A stretch of DNA of 64,000 nucleotides from Eledone cirrhosa (taxonomy: Eukaryota): contig OZ024742.1 in NCBI GenBank assembly GCA_964016885.1, positions 119,102,001-119,166,000 of the forward strand, read 5' to 3'. Every line of letters starts with the position of its first letter. Positions within the stretch are counted from its first letter, which is position 1. The translations under genes were made by a program, and so were the position numbers. The notes below the pieces were generated by a model. That model made no database searches. It was not told the DNA's origin and saw only the letters and a program-made list of their open reading frames with translations. Positions 34,831-48,178 of this stretch are shown here, piece after piece.

Positions 34831-36799
34831 ATGGCTAATTCACCACTGCACCAAGCAGCTGAAAGCCTTTCTCAGAAATTAACATCTCACACCGACACCA
34901 CCATTGTAAATGATTATACGTCTTCCAACACAAACAATTTAAGCACTAGCAATATTTTAAATTTGTCTCAGGCAGTCATTCATTTCCCGCCATTACCAAT
35001 GACTGCAGGTGTTAAAGCCGCCACCACCACCAACACCCCCACCACCACTGCGACAACAGAAACAAAAGGAAAAAATAAATCAACTCGTGATGTCGAAATA
35101 TTTTCAACCAAAATGGACTCTCCCAAACCGACTTTCACTGACGTCACCACCACCACAACTGAAACTAAAATTAATAATAACAAAAATAACGATAGCAACA
35201 ACAACAACAATGACATTAAAAAAACCACCCTGAGTTTTGCCAGAGTAGCAAAACAGTTCGAAGCATTTACGGTAACTCAGGAGGATTTAGAAAATGCCAA
35301 ACAAATGGTAAAGAAAGATGGGTACAGGGTCAGCCTAACCCCCCACCTAATAAAATGGAGCATCGGCGCCTATGCACCGTGTCGTATCGAACAATAAATG
35401 TAAAATCGCGCCGAGTGGAACGGGCATCCGAGTCCCAAATCCAAAAAGCTTTGGGATATGTGTGGGCAAGAAAAACCCACATCAGACGTGGGCAGAAGTA
35501 TGGAACCGTGGACGTATTCTTTGAAACACCAGAGGAGGCTAGAGAACACTCCATGGCCCCATTAAGAAGTGACGACTTCACACTCGTCCCAAGCTATTGT
35601 GGCCAGAGACTCGTAAAGATCAGGGTGACCCACGTTCCACCGGCCATCGAAATTCCCTGGCTAATAGCGGCCGTCCTCGCCGGCATCGAAGCCAACACAA
35701 AGATAATAGCAATAGCAAAAGAAAAGCAGGAGAACTGGTCCGGATCTGGGATGGAGCTCCTGATCCAAGCGGACCAAAAAAGCATTGAGGAGATCCCAGA
35801 GGTAATAGACCTCACTGACGGCAGCCACCTCACCGTAATTGTCGAGGGCAGAAGGCCTAGGTGTGTCGTTTGTGGTGAAGGAACCCACCTAAGGGCTTTC
35901 TGCCCTCAGGCTAAAAGGTTGAGGCCACCTCTCCTACCCACCCCAGTGACACAACCATCAACACCACCAGTAGCAGAGATGGCAGCAACAACTGTAGCAG
36001 CAACAACAGAAGCAACTATAACAGCAAGAACCCCAGCAACAGTAGCAAAACCAACACCACCACCACCAGAAAAACCAACACCACCACCACCCAACGCTTC
36101 AGAACTAGCACCAGCGCCTACACCATCCACCACGCCACAACCAAAACTAACGCCTGTGGAGGATTTTCCACTCCCCGGCCTATCACAACTGGAGACAGAT
36201 TGTGACGACGAGGAGTGGGAAACGGTATCAGGAAAAAAAAAAGAAACCAAAAAAGAAAAAATTCTCTTCCTTCCCCCTCCAAAAACAAAATACAGAGGGA
36301 AACAAATAAATTAACAAACAAAAAAGTTAGGACAGATATGCCACCATCCACACCAGCATCACCAACCCCATCAACCCAAACACCAACACCATAACCATCA
36401 TTAACCCCAACACCACCATCACCTACACCACAAAAGTCACCAAAGTGCGAAACAGAAACAAACCCACAACAAACGCAAACAAAACAAAACAACCAAAACG
36501 ATACACACTACATAGCATTAAATTTGAACAACAAGCAATTATTACACTACATCCAACACAACACCAGCATCACAGAAAAAGACTACACAACAACCCCAAA
36601 ATTCACACCACCTCCACACATACAAATCACTCGCATCACACAGAAAACGTACATGACACTAAAACAAAAATTCCCCAAAGACATCGGAGACTTCCGACAA
36701 GCACTCTCCAGGAGGATTTATAAGGACATCCTTCCTGAGGAGGCGACAAGCAGTGAAAAGGATGGAAAAACCGTCCTTCCCCTACGAGAAGTAAGGTAA
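34831..36799 (+). pseudogene. Tx1 ORF1 variant, frameshifted
   Basis: SFARVAK, YGTVDVFFETPEEA, CVVCGEGTHLRAFC, EWETVSG, ends LPLREVR*; pieces 34831-35397, 35355-36314, 36524-36799. Confidence 0.85.
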
Positions 36800-36833
36800 G
36801 TTGTCTTTCCCATCTTTTCCACTCCTTTTCAAC

Positions 36834-39800
36834 ATGACCTCACTCAGAATAGGCAGCATAAATGCGCGTGGCTTGGGGTCGTCATGGAAGCAGGGTCACC
36901 TGCTCAACGACCTCAGGTCACTAAAAATAGATGTAGTGGCCATCAGCGAGACCAGAATCTCCGAAGCACGGGCCTTCGCACCGATCTTCGGCGGCTACGA
37001 TGTGTACGCATCTCCCAGCCGTCCGGGATCGGGGGGAGTAGTTGCTGTGCTTTTTCGGAGAGGTTTGGATCTTGCCATACGGGCCATCTTCCTGGACCCA
37101 GAAGGTAAGTTGGTGGTGCTGGACGTGACCAGCGGAGAAGGGCAAGCTTTCAGGTTAGTGGCCGTCTATGCCCCGACAGGAGCAGGGCGGCCTGATTTCT
37201 TCCGGCGTCTGGAGACCTTTCTTGGAACGTCCCGCTCTTTAGTGTTAGTGGGCGACTGGAACGGGATCTTAGATGCACGCTGGGATTGTGTGGGATTAGT
37301 GGATAGGGAAGGAGGGTGCAAGAGTCTCACCAACCTGCTCAGGCGTTTTGAACTGTCTGACAGGTACCGAATGGATTTCCCGAATGTACCAATGTGGGCT
37401 TGGACAAATCGCATAGGGTCATCCAGATCATATCTAGATAGAGTATTTTGTAGAGAAATAGATAGGTCTAGCATAGGCTGTCCACAATTCAAGATAGTCA
37501 GCTACACGGACCACAAATTCGTGATCTGTGTGCTTGACTTAGATAGGCTTCATAGACGAGGACCCGGCTACTGGAAGCTAAACGCGTCCTTACCAGCGGG
37601 CAAGGCCTATAGAGACCGGATTAGCGAACTAGTTAAGCGGGCGTTGACGGGGGCCATCGTCAACAACAAGTGGTGGTTTGCTCTGAAAAGAGCAATTAGA
37701 ATAGAGTCCATTACGTTTAGTAAGGCTTTAGCAAAAGAGAAAAATAGAGCAGAGGGAGAATTAGTTAGAAAATTAGACGAGGCGCTTAGCAAAGGCATCG
37801 CGACCGACGTACTTGCGGCGAAATTGGCCCTTGACCAATTCTTCAATGCAAAGCACGAAGGCTGCGTTGTCAGAGCTAGGGTGCGTGCTCTCAGACACGA
37901 GGGGACGAAAGGCGTTCAATGGGCCCGAGTGGCGGAGGCGCGTCGTGGCAATAAAGCCACGATCTGGTCTTTGGTGGACCACGACGGGCGCATGCTACTC
38001 GATCCCGGGCAAATGTGTGAAGCTTTTGAGCGACACTTCGCTCAACTGTTCGGAGGCAGTGGCGGGCCGGATCGACGGATGGACTTTAGTGTCTACCTCG
38101 ACGGACTGCCGCGGCTTTCGGCCACTGAGGCGGAGTGTTGCGAAAAGCCGATAACAACCGCTGAAGTACGGGAGGCAATGACTGGCTGCACAAGGGGTAA
38201 ATCGCCTGGTTTAGATGGTCTGCCCTATGAACTTTACGTACAGATGCCAAACTTGTTCGGAGGCCTCTTGGCGGACGTCTACTGCAACTGGCAACAGAAC
38301 GGGAGAATTCCCAGCTCTGTGAGCCGAGGAGCGGTGGCGCTGCTGAGAAAGGATCCGAACAAGGGGGATAACATAGATGATTTTAGGCCCATAACTCTGC
38401 TAAACACAGAGTTCAAGATTTTGGCCAAGGTCTAGCAAAGAGGTTGGCGCTTGTCGTTGGTGGTCTGGTGGGAGAGGCACAGACATGCGCCATTCCCGAC
38501 AGATCCATCCACGACAACCTCCACCTCATGCGATACATCGTAGAGAGGGTAGCTAGGGAACCTGGCACGGGTGGGTCTTTGATCAATTTAGATCAGTCGA
38601 AAGCCTTCGATAGGGTCGACCATCGTTACCTAGCGGCAGTCCTGAGGGCGGCTGGCTTTGGGCCCGTCTTCAGAGGCTGGATTTCTGCCATGCACAGCGA
38701 CATCTGCTCTGTAGTGAGAGTGAACGGTCACCTTTCGGAACCGTTCAACATCATGCGCTCGGTCTGCCAAGGATGTCCCCTCTCGTCCCTATTGTACGTA
38801 TTGACGCTCGAGCCATTACTGCACAAACTGGAGACGTTGAGGGGGGTCCCGCGCAAACTAGGATGCGGAAGATCCGTGTCAGCATATGCGGACGATGTCA
38901 CCGTAGTGGTGTCGAACGCCAAACACATCGAGGCGATCGGCACTACACTAAGAGAATACGAAGCGGTGACAGGAGCAATGGTCAACCAGGAAAAGTCAGT
39001 GGGCCTGCAGCTTGGCACCTGGAGAGGCAGCTCCATGCCGTCCAACAGCGTCGTCGGGCGCTGGACGGATGGACCGGTTAAATTGTTAGGGGTCTGGTTC
39101 GGTCCAGACCTCCAGACGGACAAAAACAGGGACGAGGTGACGAGCAGGGTGGCTTCTCTCACCCAGAAATGGGCCGAGAGGAAGCTATCCCTGAAAGGTC
39201 GAGCGGAGGTGGCTAACGCGTACATCGCGTCTGTCATCTACTACCGCCTGACCGTCGTACCTTGTCCTAAGCCCCGCCTGACTGCGCTGGAGCGTTTGCT
39301 CTTTCGCTTCTTGTGGAAGGGACGCGCTCCGATGGTCAGGCGGTCCATCTGCTGTCAACACCCGCTACGTGGAGGGCTGGGCATGCCGTGGCTGATGATG
39401 CGCAGACACGCGCTCAGGCTACGACATCTCCACCTCTTCCTCGACGGTGATCAGGTGTGGTCGCCGTTTGCTAGACACGTTTTTCCCCAGCTCGTCTCCT
39501 TGACGGAGCTGCAGTCCTGGTTCAAGCGAAGACTGAGAGGGAGCGCTTGGAGACTGGAATGTCTTCAGGCGCTCACAGCCCTCGACCAATCGGGCAATGT
39601 GATCGGTGGAAACTCCACCTTGGCGTTCTCTAGGGGATTAGTGGAGGGTAAGAGCGACGACGTACTTGGAGAAACTCTAGGCGTCGACGAAAATCAACTA
39701 GCCAATCTCTTCGGAAGGACTTTCGGGCCGGGGCCTATGGACAACTTCCAGAAATCCCTGGCCTGGCAGTGCTACCGGGGTGCTTTGCCAGTTCGGGATA

Positions 39801-40243
39801 AACTCTACAGGCATGGAGGTGCCGTCAGCCGGGCATGTCCGAGATGCGCACAGGGCGATGAAACCGTCCTGCACGCACTCGTCCAGTGTCCGAGCATTGC
39901 TGACTTGTGGGTTTATGTCGAACACCTGCTGTCACGTGTAGGACGGATCCAGCTATCAGCTGAGTCCATCGTGAGGATTGCCCCGCCCTCTTCCTTTAGC
40001 CGGGAAGGGCAGGCAGTTTTTATCTGTCTGGTGGCCATAGCGAAAGAGATAGTATGGTGGACACGTTTGAAAGGGCTGAAGACAAGCACTTAACTCTTCG
40101 GTGATGCCCTGATTAACTTTTTCAAATTTCATCTGAAAAGGAAAATCAGGGTAGAGAGGGAAGTGCTCTCTTCCCAGCATTTTGTTGAAAGATGGGTGAG
40201 AGAAGCAAGTATGGCCCGAATGAATATGAGTATGTGTCTGTAA
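36834..40243 (+). pseudogene. Tx1 ORF2, frameshift ~38432 and stop at 40091-40093
   Basis: Same APE, RT and CCHC motifs as copy A. Confidence 0.92.
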
Positions 40244-40514
40244 ATTAAAGGTGGAAAACTGGGAGAGGGCACTTGCCCTGGTGGTCAGGGCCACTGTGGT
40301 CTTTTAGTGGGCTTTCTCCACAAATGTCCCTCGGAAGTCTCCCCCCTATTGGGGAATTTTTCTTTGTTATTTTATTTCATCCTCTGTTTTTCTTTACACG
40401 CAGAAATGCCCATTTGTACCGTCCTGTATTGTCCTGTACTGTCCTTAATGTCTACTTTATGTAAACCTTTGTGGTTAATAAAGAAAACATTATTATTATT
40501 ATTATTATTATTAT

Positions 40515-41203
40515 TCCTTGAATCTCAGTCATTGATGTTGGCTAACTGGAAAGTCCGTTGGAATGAATATCAAGCCACTACCTGCAGCCTCAGATATTCA
40601 GGACGTATCGGAGGGTTCTTGCTGTTCCCAGCAAGCATGCCTTTTGAAGCGTTCCAAAAAGCGTGAAGGGGCCGATTTTCTTTAACCATCCCTGGAAACT
40701 TTTGGAGATAGTCCCCAGTGCGCCTATGACAATCGGGATCACTTTGACTTCATGGCATTTCCAAATCCTTTTTACCTCCCACTTTAAGTCCTGGTATCGG
40801 TTAATTTTCTCCCTCTCCTTCTCTTGCACTCTCGTGTCGAATGGGCAGGCCACATCCACAATCAGACACGATCTTTTTTCTTTGTCCACAACCACCAGGT
40901 CAGGTCTATTGTGTTCCAGTTTCTTGTCCGTCTGTATCCTAAAATCCCACAGCACCTTCACCTGATCGTTCTCCATCACCGCCTCTGGCCTATGCTCATA
41001 CCATTTCTCAGAATGTGGTAAATTGTTTACTTTGCACAGGTGCCAGTGGATCACCCTGTCCATCACATCATGTCTCCAGCCCTTATAGTGGGTCTGGGCT
41101 AGGTGTTTACACTCGGATACAATGTGAGCCACAGTCTCCTCTCTCTCCCCACAGATCCTGCACAGTGGGCTAGCCTCCTCCTTGTAAATATGGTGTAAAT
41201 ATC
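40515..41203 (-). mobile_element. R4/Dong family B copy 3, strongly 5'-truncated (RLE only)
   Basis: ORF 40590-41132 with NRPDLVV and EKINRYQDL; same 3'UTR as the other B copies; (TAA)n flanks. Confidence 0.92.
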
Positions 41204-41260
<57 letters not shown>

Positions 41261-44200
41261 TCCATTATTATTTAACTATCAACATGTATGAGTGTGTGCG
41301 TTTGCGCGCGCGTGTGTATGTGCGGCTTTCCATAATCGCCATTTATTCCAATCACTCTTGTGAAGATATTCACATAACTTTCACTCAATTTTTCATTTAA
41401 TCCCCATTTTAATTTTCAAAAAAATTCCGAGAAAAATGTTCTCACTCTTTACTAGAGGAGACGGGGTAGATGTAGATGATCAATATTCTACAGTGAAGCA
41501 AAGACGAGTACAGGTAGCCAGGGCAAGGTCACTAGAGACCGCTGCACAACGACAGCAAAGACATGAAAACGACCAGAGGAGAGTTGCTGCACACAGGGCC
41601 AATGAGTCACAAGAGGCAAGGGAAAAAAAACAATTACGTCTACAAAATGCAATCTGCAGGAGCCAAGCGTAAAAAATGGAAAGAGAAAAACGTTTAAAGG
41701 ATGCAAGACAAAGACAAGCTGCCAGAGTTGCCAATGAGACAATAGGTCAGTGAGAGATTAGAGAAAGAAAAAAACAGGAGCAAACAGTTGCTGCAAGACT
41801 ATGCCAATCCTCAGAGGAAAGACATAAGCGTCTTGATCAAGATAGGCTGAATACGTTTGACAAAAGAGTTGACCTTTCAAGAGGACTTGGAAAAGACCAG
41901 CTTTCAACTATGATCCAATACATGATCCAAACTATGATCCCAAACAGAAATTGATTGATATTGGAGCAATGTCAAAAGAGTGTAATTTTTGTAAAGGAAA
42001 GACATGGGAAAGAGAAACCACCCCTATGTGTTGTGGAGGAGGAGCGGTTATGTTTCCGATGTTTGGTACACCCCCTGATACTTTGAAGGCATTGCTTTTG
42101 GGAAACACATCAAGTAGCATGCACTTCTTGAAACACATTAGGAATTATAATTCTGCTTTCCAAATGACCTCCTTTGGTAGCAATATTATAAGAGAAGGGA
42201 ACATGAAGCCAACTTTTAAGGTTCGAGATCAAGTATACCATCGTATTGGATCTTTGTTGCCAACTGAAGGCAAAAATCCCCAGTTTTTACAACTATATTT
42301 TGTGGAAAATTACAAGGAGCAGGCTTTGCAACGGTCATTTAACCTTCCAAATTTGAAAGAAGAGTTAATCTTTGATCTGCAAGATATGTTGCATGCAAAC
42401 AGTAGCTACATCAGAAGCTTCAAGTATGCATTATAATCTGCACCACCCACTGAGTACAAGATAGTTATTGATACAGACGAAAAGCTTGCTGCTTAACATA
42501 GAGGCTACTATAATGCTCCTGCCGCAAATGAAGTAGCAGCAATTATTACAGGTGAAAAATATGGGAAGGGAGACATTATTATTCAAGGAAGAGGATGCAG
42601 CGGATGAATGCAACCCACCGATCATATGATGCACTCCAGTATCCATTAATCTGTGTATTTAGCCGAGATGGTAAAAAAAACCCAGATCTTAAAACAAGAG
42701 CTCCTGCACTGACAAAAACAGTAAGCTGCATGGAATTCTATATTACCTTTTCATATTAAGAGAGCAAGATTTCAATATTCTTCATCGTTCACATGAGCTC
42801 TTCCAGCAATTTGCAGTTGATATGTGTGCACAAATTGAAGGAGAAAGGCTTCTTTACATTAGAACTCATCAGAAAGATCTCCGTGCATCAGACTACATTC
42901 ACCTGAGAGATTCAATCAGTAATGAAGGAGAATTGGCTGCTGATAACATTGGACAGCTTTGTGTCATTTTTCCACCAAGCTTTACAGGAGGAAGTTCACG
43001 GTATATGCATGAGCGTACCCAAGATGCACTTACATATATCAGACACTATAGTCGTCCAGACCTCCTCTTCATTACATTCACACGTAACCCAACATGGCAT
43101 GAAATAAGGAGTGAGCTTTATTATCATCAAGAACTCAAAGATCGCCATGATATTATAGCTAGGGTTTTCAGACTTAAAGTCATAAAGTTGGACCAGTCAA
43201 ATGTGACATGTACGCAATTGAATGGCAAAAACGAGGATTGCCACTCGCCCACATTTTGATTTGGTTATATGAAAAACTTCGGCCAAATGATATTGATTTA
43301 TTTATCTCAGCTGAACTGCCTGATCCACAGCAACATCCTTTGCTGCATGTAATTGTCAAGTCCCAGATGATTCATGTGCCCTGCGGTTCAATTAATCCAT
43401 CCTCCCCATGCACGAGGGATAATAAGTGTACCAAGAACTGCCCACGTCCCTTTGTACAAGAAAGCCAAACTGGAGAAGAAAACCTGGGCATGGTGGATAA
43501 ACTTCGGAAAAAAAAAATGAGAAATGGGCAAGAATTCATCATTGACAATCACTGTCCTCTTCTTACAAAAACTTTCAAAGCCCATATCAAGATTGAATTC
43601 TGCAACTCTGTTAAGTCTACTAAGTAAGTTGCAAATATATAAACAAAGGTTTAGATGCTGCAAGATACACTCTAATGCAGAATGGCAGTTAGCAGATAAA
43701 TAAAAATGACGAAGTTGCACAGTATCTTCAATTTTCCCATTCATGAGAGGCACCCAGCCATCACTCATCTGAGTGTCCATCTAGAGAATGACCAAAGGGT
43801 TATCTTTACAAAACAAACAGCCTTGCAACAAGCACTTTATCCAAAAGAAACTACCCCTATTGCCTCTTTTAAGTTGTGCCAAGAAGATGAAGATGCAAGA
43901 AAACTCCTTAACCTAGAATTACCCAAGTATTACACCTGGAGAAACAATAAATGGCACAAGAGGAAACTTAGGGCTTAAGCTCTTGCAAGAGTTTACAGTG
44001 TCCACCCAAGTCAAGCAGAATGCTACTACTTTTGCATGAAGTACGTGGTCCCAAATCATTCCAAGATTTGAGGAGGGTAAATAGTCATGTGTGTGAAACT
44101 TATAGGGAAGCATGCTATCAACAAGGTTTTTTAGAAAACGATGAGCATTGGGACCTTGCATTGACTGAAGCATCAGTGTCAGATTCTCCAAGGAAACTCC

Positions 44201-45140
44201 GTAACCTTTTTGCAATTATGCTGAACATGTGTCAACTTGGCAGTCCACTACAGCTTTGGATGAAACATCGTGAGGACATGGCTGAGGACTTAACGTATGC
44301 AGTTCAACAGGCAAACTCAGATATCAATATTCAGTTCTCTGAAAAAAATTTAACCAAGCACTGACAAATCAAGTTTTGGCCATGGGAGGCAAAAAATTTG
44401 CAAGAGTCTGGCTCTGGACTGCCAAAAACAAACCGTCAAATTAGTGATTTAACTTCAAGAGACCTAGCAAGAGAGACAAATTATGACAGCAGAGAGTTAG
44501 CTGTATTTGTGAATGAACATGAACCTAAACTTCTTCCCGAACAACACTGTGCATATGATTAAATTATTTCGTCAGTTAGAGAAAAAAGCGGAGGAATTTT
44601 CTTTCTTGATGCTCCTGATTTGTAACAACATTGCTTCTTTCCAAGGTAAGGCAACAAAAAGGAATTGTAGTTGCTGTAGCATCGTCTGGCATTGCTGCCA
44701 CCCTTCTCCCAGGAGGACGAACAACTCATCCTGCTTTTATATTACCGCTAACCCTGGTCACAAATAACAGTCCAATTTGTAACATAAGCAAAGCTTCAAG
44801 TTCAGCAGAAGAGTTGCGCCAATGCCACCTAATCATTTGGGATAAATGCACCATGACGCATAGAGGTGCAATGGAAGCTCTTGATAAGACCTTACATGAC
44901 ATAAGAGGCAACAATAAATCTATGGCAGGAGTTGCATTAGTTTAATCAGAAGACTTCAGACAGACATTACCAGTCATTCCGAGAGAAACAAGAGCTGATG
45001 AAATAAAAGCATGCATTAAGTCTTCGTACATATGGAATAAAGTACAGAAATTCTCCTTCAATAGTAACATGTATATATGGTGTTTCCAAAAATGTATACA
45101 CACTTTGAATAGTGTTAAAAACAATGTTTATATAGAATAT
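41261..45140 (+). mobile_element. Degraded autonomous-type Helitron (RepHel); termini not resolved
   Basis: CNFCKG..WERE..MCC, YNSAFQMTSFG, FPPSFTGGSSRYM, PDLLFITFT, EWQKRGLPLAHILIW (HUH), FISAELPD; Pif1 motifs AVASSGIAATLLPGGRTTH, IIWDKCTM, DFRQTLPVIP. Confidence 0.92.
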
Positions 45141-45387
45141 TAAAATTGCTATTATATGAGTGAAGGCGCGTGGCTTAGTGGTTAGAGGGTTGGATTCTTT
45201 ATTTCACGTTGCTTCTTTTGCCAGATGTTGAGACCGGTAGATAGTATCAGCAATGACCAATGGAAACATTGTTTCCTTGGTCCTATTTGACGGCGAATGA
45301 GGTCTGTCGATCGATATATATATATATATATATATATAATGTTTCATTAGTCATATATATATATGTATGTATGTATATATATATCTA

Positions 45388-46020
45388 GTTCTAGGGCGGG
45401 AAAAATTCCCGAGATCCATGGACGAGTTCTCTCCAGCGGTCTCTGTCCCTCATTATCGCTGCCATGTTCTGCGTCTCCAACAGACCAGTGTCTTTCCTTA
45501 GGGCATCAACATACATTAACCTTGGTCTTCCTCTTCCAGTGTGTCCATGTAGGGGCTCCCACAGGAGCACTGAGTGCAATGTCAACTCTGGATGTCGGTG
45601 AGCATGTCCATCTAACCTCAGTCTCCTCTGTGTCACTTTTGAGCTGACTTTTGGGAGACTCCCATACAGCTCTGAGTTTTTCATCCTCAGTGTATACTGA
45701 TTAATGTTCAGAGCCATCCTCAGTATTCTCGTGTAGCACCCATCCACCACCTGGGTGAGTTTCTTGGTCAGTGTCCAAGTCTCAGACCCGTACAGCAGCA
45801 CAGACTCCACTATAATCAATGAAGGTCTTTACGAAGGTCCGACTTCCACACCGATCTCAAGCTGTGGCACGCCGCCCAGGCTTTGCTCTTCCTCTCAACC
45901 ACATCATCTTCCGTATTCCCAATCTTTGCTCCCAAATACAGGAAGTCCTCAACCAATTCTAGCGGCTTCCCGCCTACATTAGTGATCCCCTCTGGCTTCT
46001 CAACATTCTCTACCAGATAT
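45388..46020 (-). mobile_element. RTE-clade LINE 3' fragment
   Basis: ESVLLYGSETWTLTK, RRLRLDGHAHRHPE, GRGRPRL..YVD, MRDRDRWR. Confidence 0.8.
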
Positions 46021-46090
46021 TTTGTTTTAGTCTCTTGAGAATGAATGAGACTAAAACAAAAAAGTATATATATATATATATTTATATATA

Positions 46091-46126
<36 letters not shown>

Positions 46127-46145
46127 TAAAAAGTATATATATATA

Positions 46146-46254
<109 letters not shown>

Positions 46255-46345
46255 TTTATATATATATATATAGTATAAAAAGTATATATATATACTTTCT
46301 CTCTCTCTCTCTCTCTATATATATATACTTTATATATATATATAT

Positions 46346-46426
<81 letters not shown>

Positions 46427-46535
46427 TTTATATATATTTATATATATATACATATACTTTATATATATATATATATATATATATAAAGAATGAATAATAA
46501 CAGGTAGACATCATAAAAAGGTAATTTATTCCGTG

Positions 46536-46647
46536 TGCTTACAGGTGTTTCCACGGTGGTACTGCAGCCTAGTTCCGCTACGTGCAAATTCACAAGTATT
46601 TGCAGAACTCGAATATCCAATGCTGTGACCACTGTTTCCTCAGAGCA
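46536..46647 (-). ncRNA. Hammerhead motif with very long stem II
   Basis: Minus strand TGCT-CTGAGGA-(ACAGTGGT...ACCACCGT)-GAAAC-ACCT-GTA-AGCA, then AATAAA. Confidence 0.7.
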
Positions 46648-47142
46648 GAATGGTAAATGTACAATGTAAAAACCCTTAAGTGGGGTTGTTGGGGAAGATA
46701 GAGTGGAACAGGAAGAGAGAAAAGTAGGGAAGAGGGAGAGAGAAGGAAAGATATGCAGGGGTTGGAGAAGTAGGAGAGAGTGGCTTGTAGATATCTTAAT
46801 CAAAATGTTATGGTAGGGGTTTTATTATACTGGTTACTATTGGAGAGATGCGTTGATAGTTAAGGTCGGAATTATTTATTGCCCCAGAGGGCAGGTTCAT
46901 AGATGTTGAGAGGGAGGTAGGTCAAAGGTGAGAGAGAGAGAGTGTAATGGATGTAGAGAGAGATATAGGTAGAGAGGGGAGAGATAAAGTATGTGTGGTG
47001 AGTGAACTTTTGGATTTGTAGTAGTAATCTAGGAATTGTACTGAGTTACCATGTATAGTGATAAGCAGTGTATTGTCTTGTAGTGTGGGGGGAAGAGAAG
47101 GTTGTTAGCTAGAAAGTGGTGTTATAGTTACGGGTTCGAATG

Positions 47143-47545
47143 TTAAGTTATTTTATAGTGAGAGAATTTAGCTTTTAGTTTGTGGTTGCAGTATAATGAT
47201 CTTTCAATTCTATCGTTAAGTAGTTTGTTTTTGGATTTTAATATGTAAAATAGCTCAAGGTTACATAACCTGCAGTACTTCCATCCACTCCGATATGCAC
47301 TTGCGCTGGAAAGTATATCCCATTTTAAGGTGAACTGTTGGTTGTGTTCACGGAGTTGCCAGGTCTTGTTGGCGAGCGTGGTCACAAAACGGTGATTCGG
47401 ATGTTTGATTGAGAATCGATGACGGTACCAGCGAGATTTAAACGATGTGGTGGTAGATCCGATATAATACCATTTCTGGTCGTTCGATTCAACCGTGCAT
47501 TGGTAAACAATATTGGACTTTAGGCATTCATTCTGCAATGGACAT
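47143..47545 (-). pseudogene. GIY-YIG endonuclease domain (Naiad type), 5'-truncated
   Basis: CPLQNECLKSNIVYQCTV...YYIGSTTTSFKSRWYRH...CRLCNLE...LLN...CNHK. Confidence 0.88.
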
Positions 47546-47874
47546 TACTTTCCATATATCTCTCTCTACATCCATTACACTCTCTCTCTCTCACCTTTGA
47601 CCTACCTCCCTCTCAACATCTATGAACCTGCCCTCTGGGGCAATAAATAATTCCGACCTTAACTATCAACGCATCTCTCCAAAAGTAACCAGTATAATAA
47701 AACCCCTACCATAACAGTTTGATTAAGATATCTACAAGCCACTCTCTCCTACTTCTCCAACCCCTGCATATCGTTCCTTCTCTCTCCCTCTTCCCTACTT
47801 TTCTCTCTTCCTGTTCCACTCTATCTTCCCCAACAACCTCACTTAAGGGTTTTTACATTGTACATTTACCATTC

Positions 47875-47986
47875 TGCTCCGAGGAAACAGTGGTCACAGC
47901 ATTGGATATTCGAGTTCTGCAAGTACCTGTGAATTTGCACGTAGCGGAACTAGGCTGCAGTACCACCGTGGAAACACTTGTAAGCA
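47875..47986 (+). ncRNA. Inverted copy of the same hammerhead, core reads CCGAGGA
   Basis: TGCT-CCGAGGA...GAAAC-ACTT-GTA-AGCA. Confidence 0.6.
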
Positions 47987-48178
47987 CACGGAATAAATTA
48001 CCTTTTTATGATGTCTACCTGTTATTATTCATTCTTTATATACACTCCGGAATACTGAAGGATCAGGAACTAAGTTTCTTGAACAATTCTTCCATAACTC
48101 GTAGAGTAACCTCTTACCGTACGTCAACCATATCCAGTGTAGTAATTAACCATTACTACATCTTGGATAATCCTATAC

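Larger units (their letters stand above)
34619..40488 (+). mobile_element. Tx1/L1-clade retrotransposon, copy B, near full length
   Basis: ORF2 and 3'UTR nearly identical to copy A; different 5'UTR/ORF1; flanked by (TTA)n. Confidence 0.92.

Noticed and set aside
22547-41203. Segmental duplication of a Tx1+R4 unit
   Set aside because: The 5'UTR/ORF1 modules are very different and the R4 truncation points differ, so independent insertions fit better; partial gene conversion is not excluded.
47143-47555. Possible selenocysteine-encoding Naiad
   Set aside because: Cys positions use ordinary codons, and the stops seen in the Naiad fragments are TAA or TAG, not TGA.
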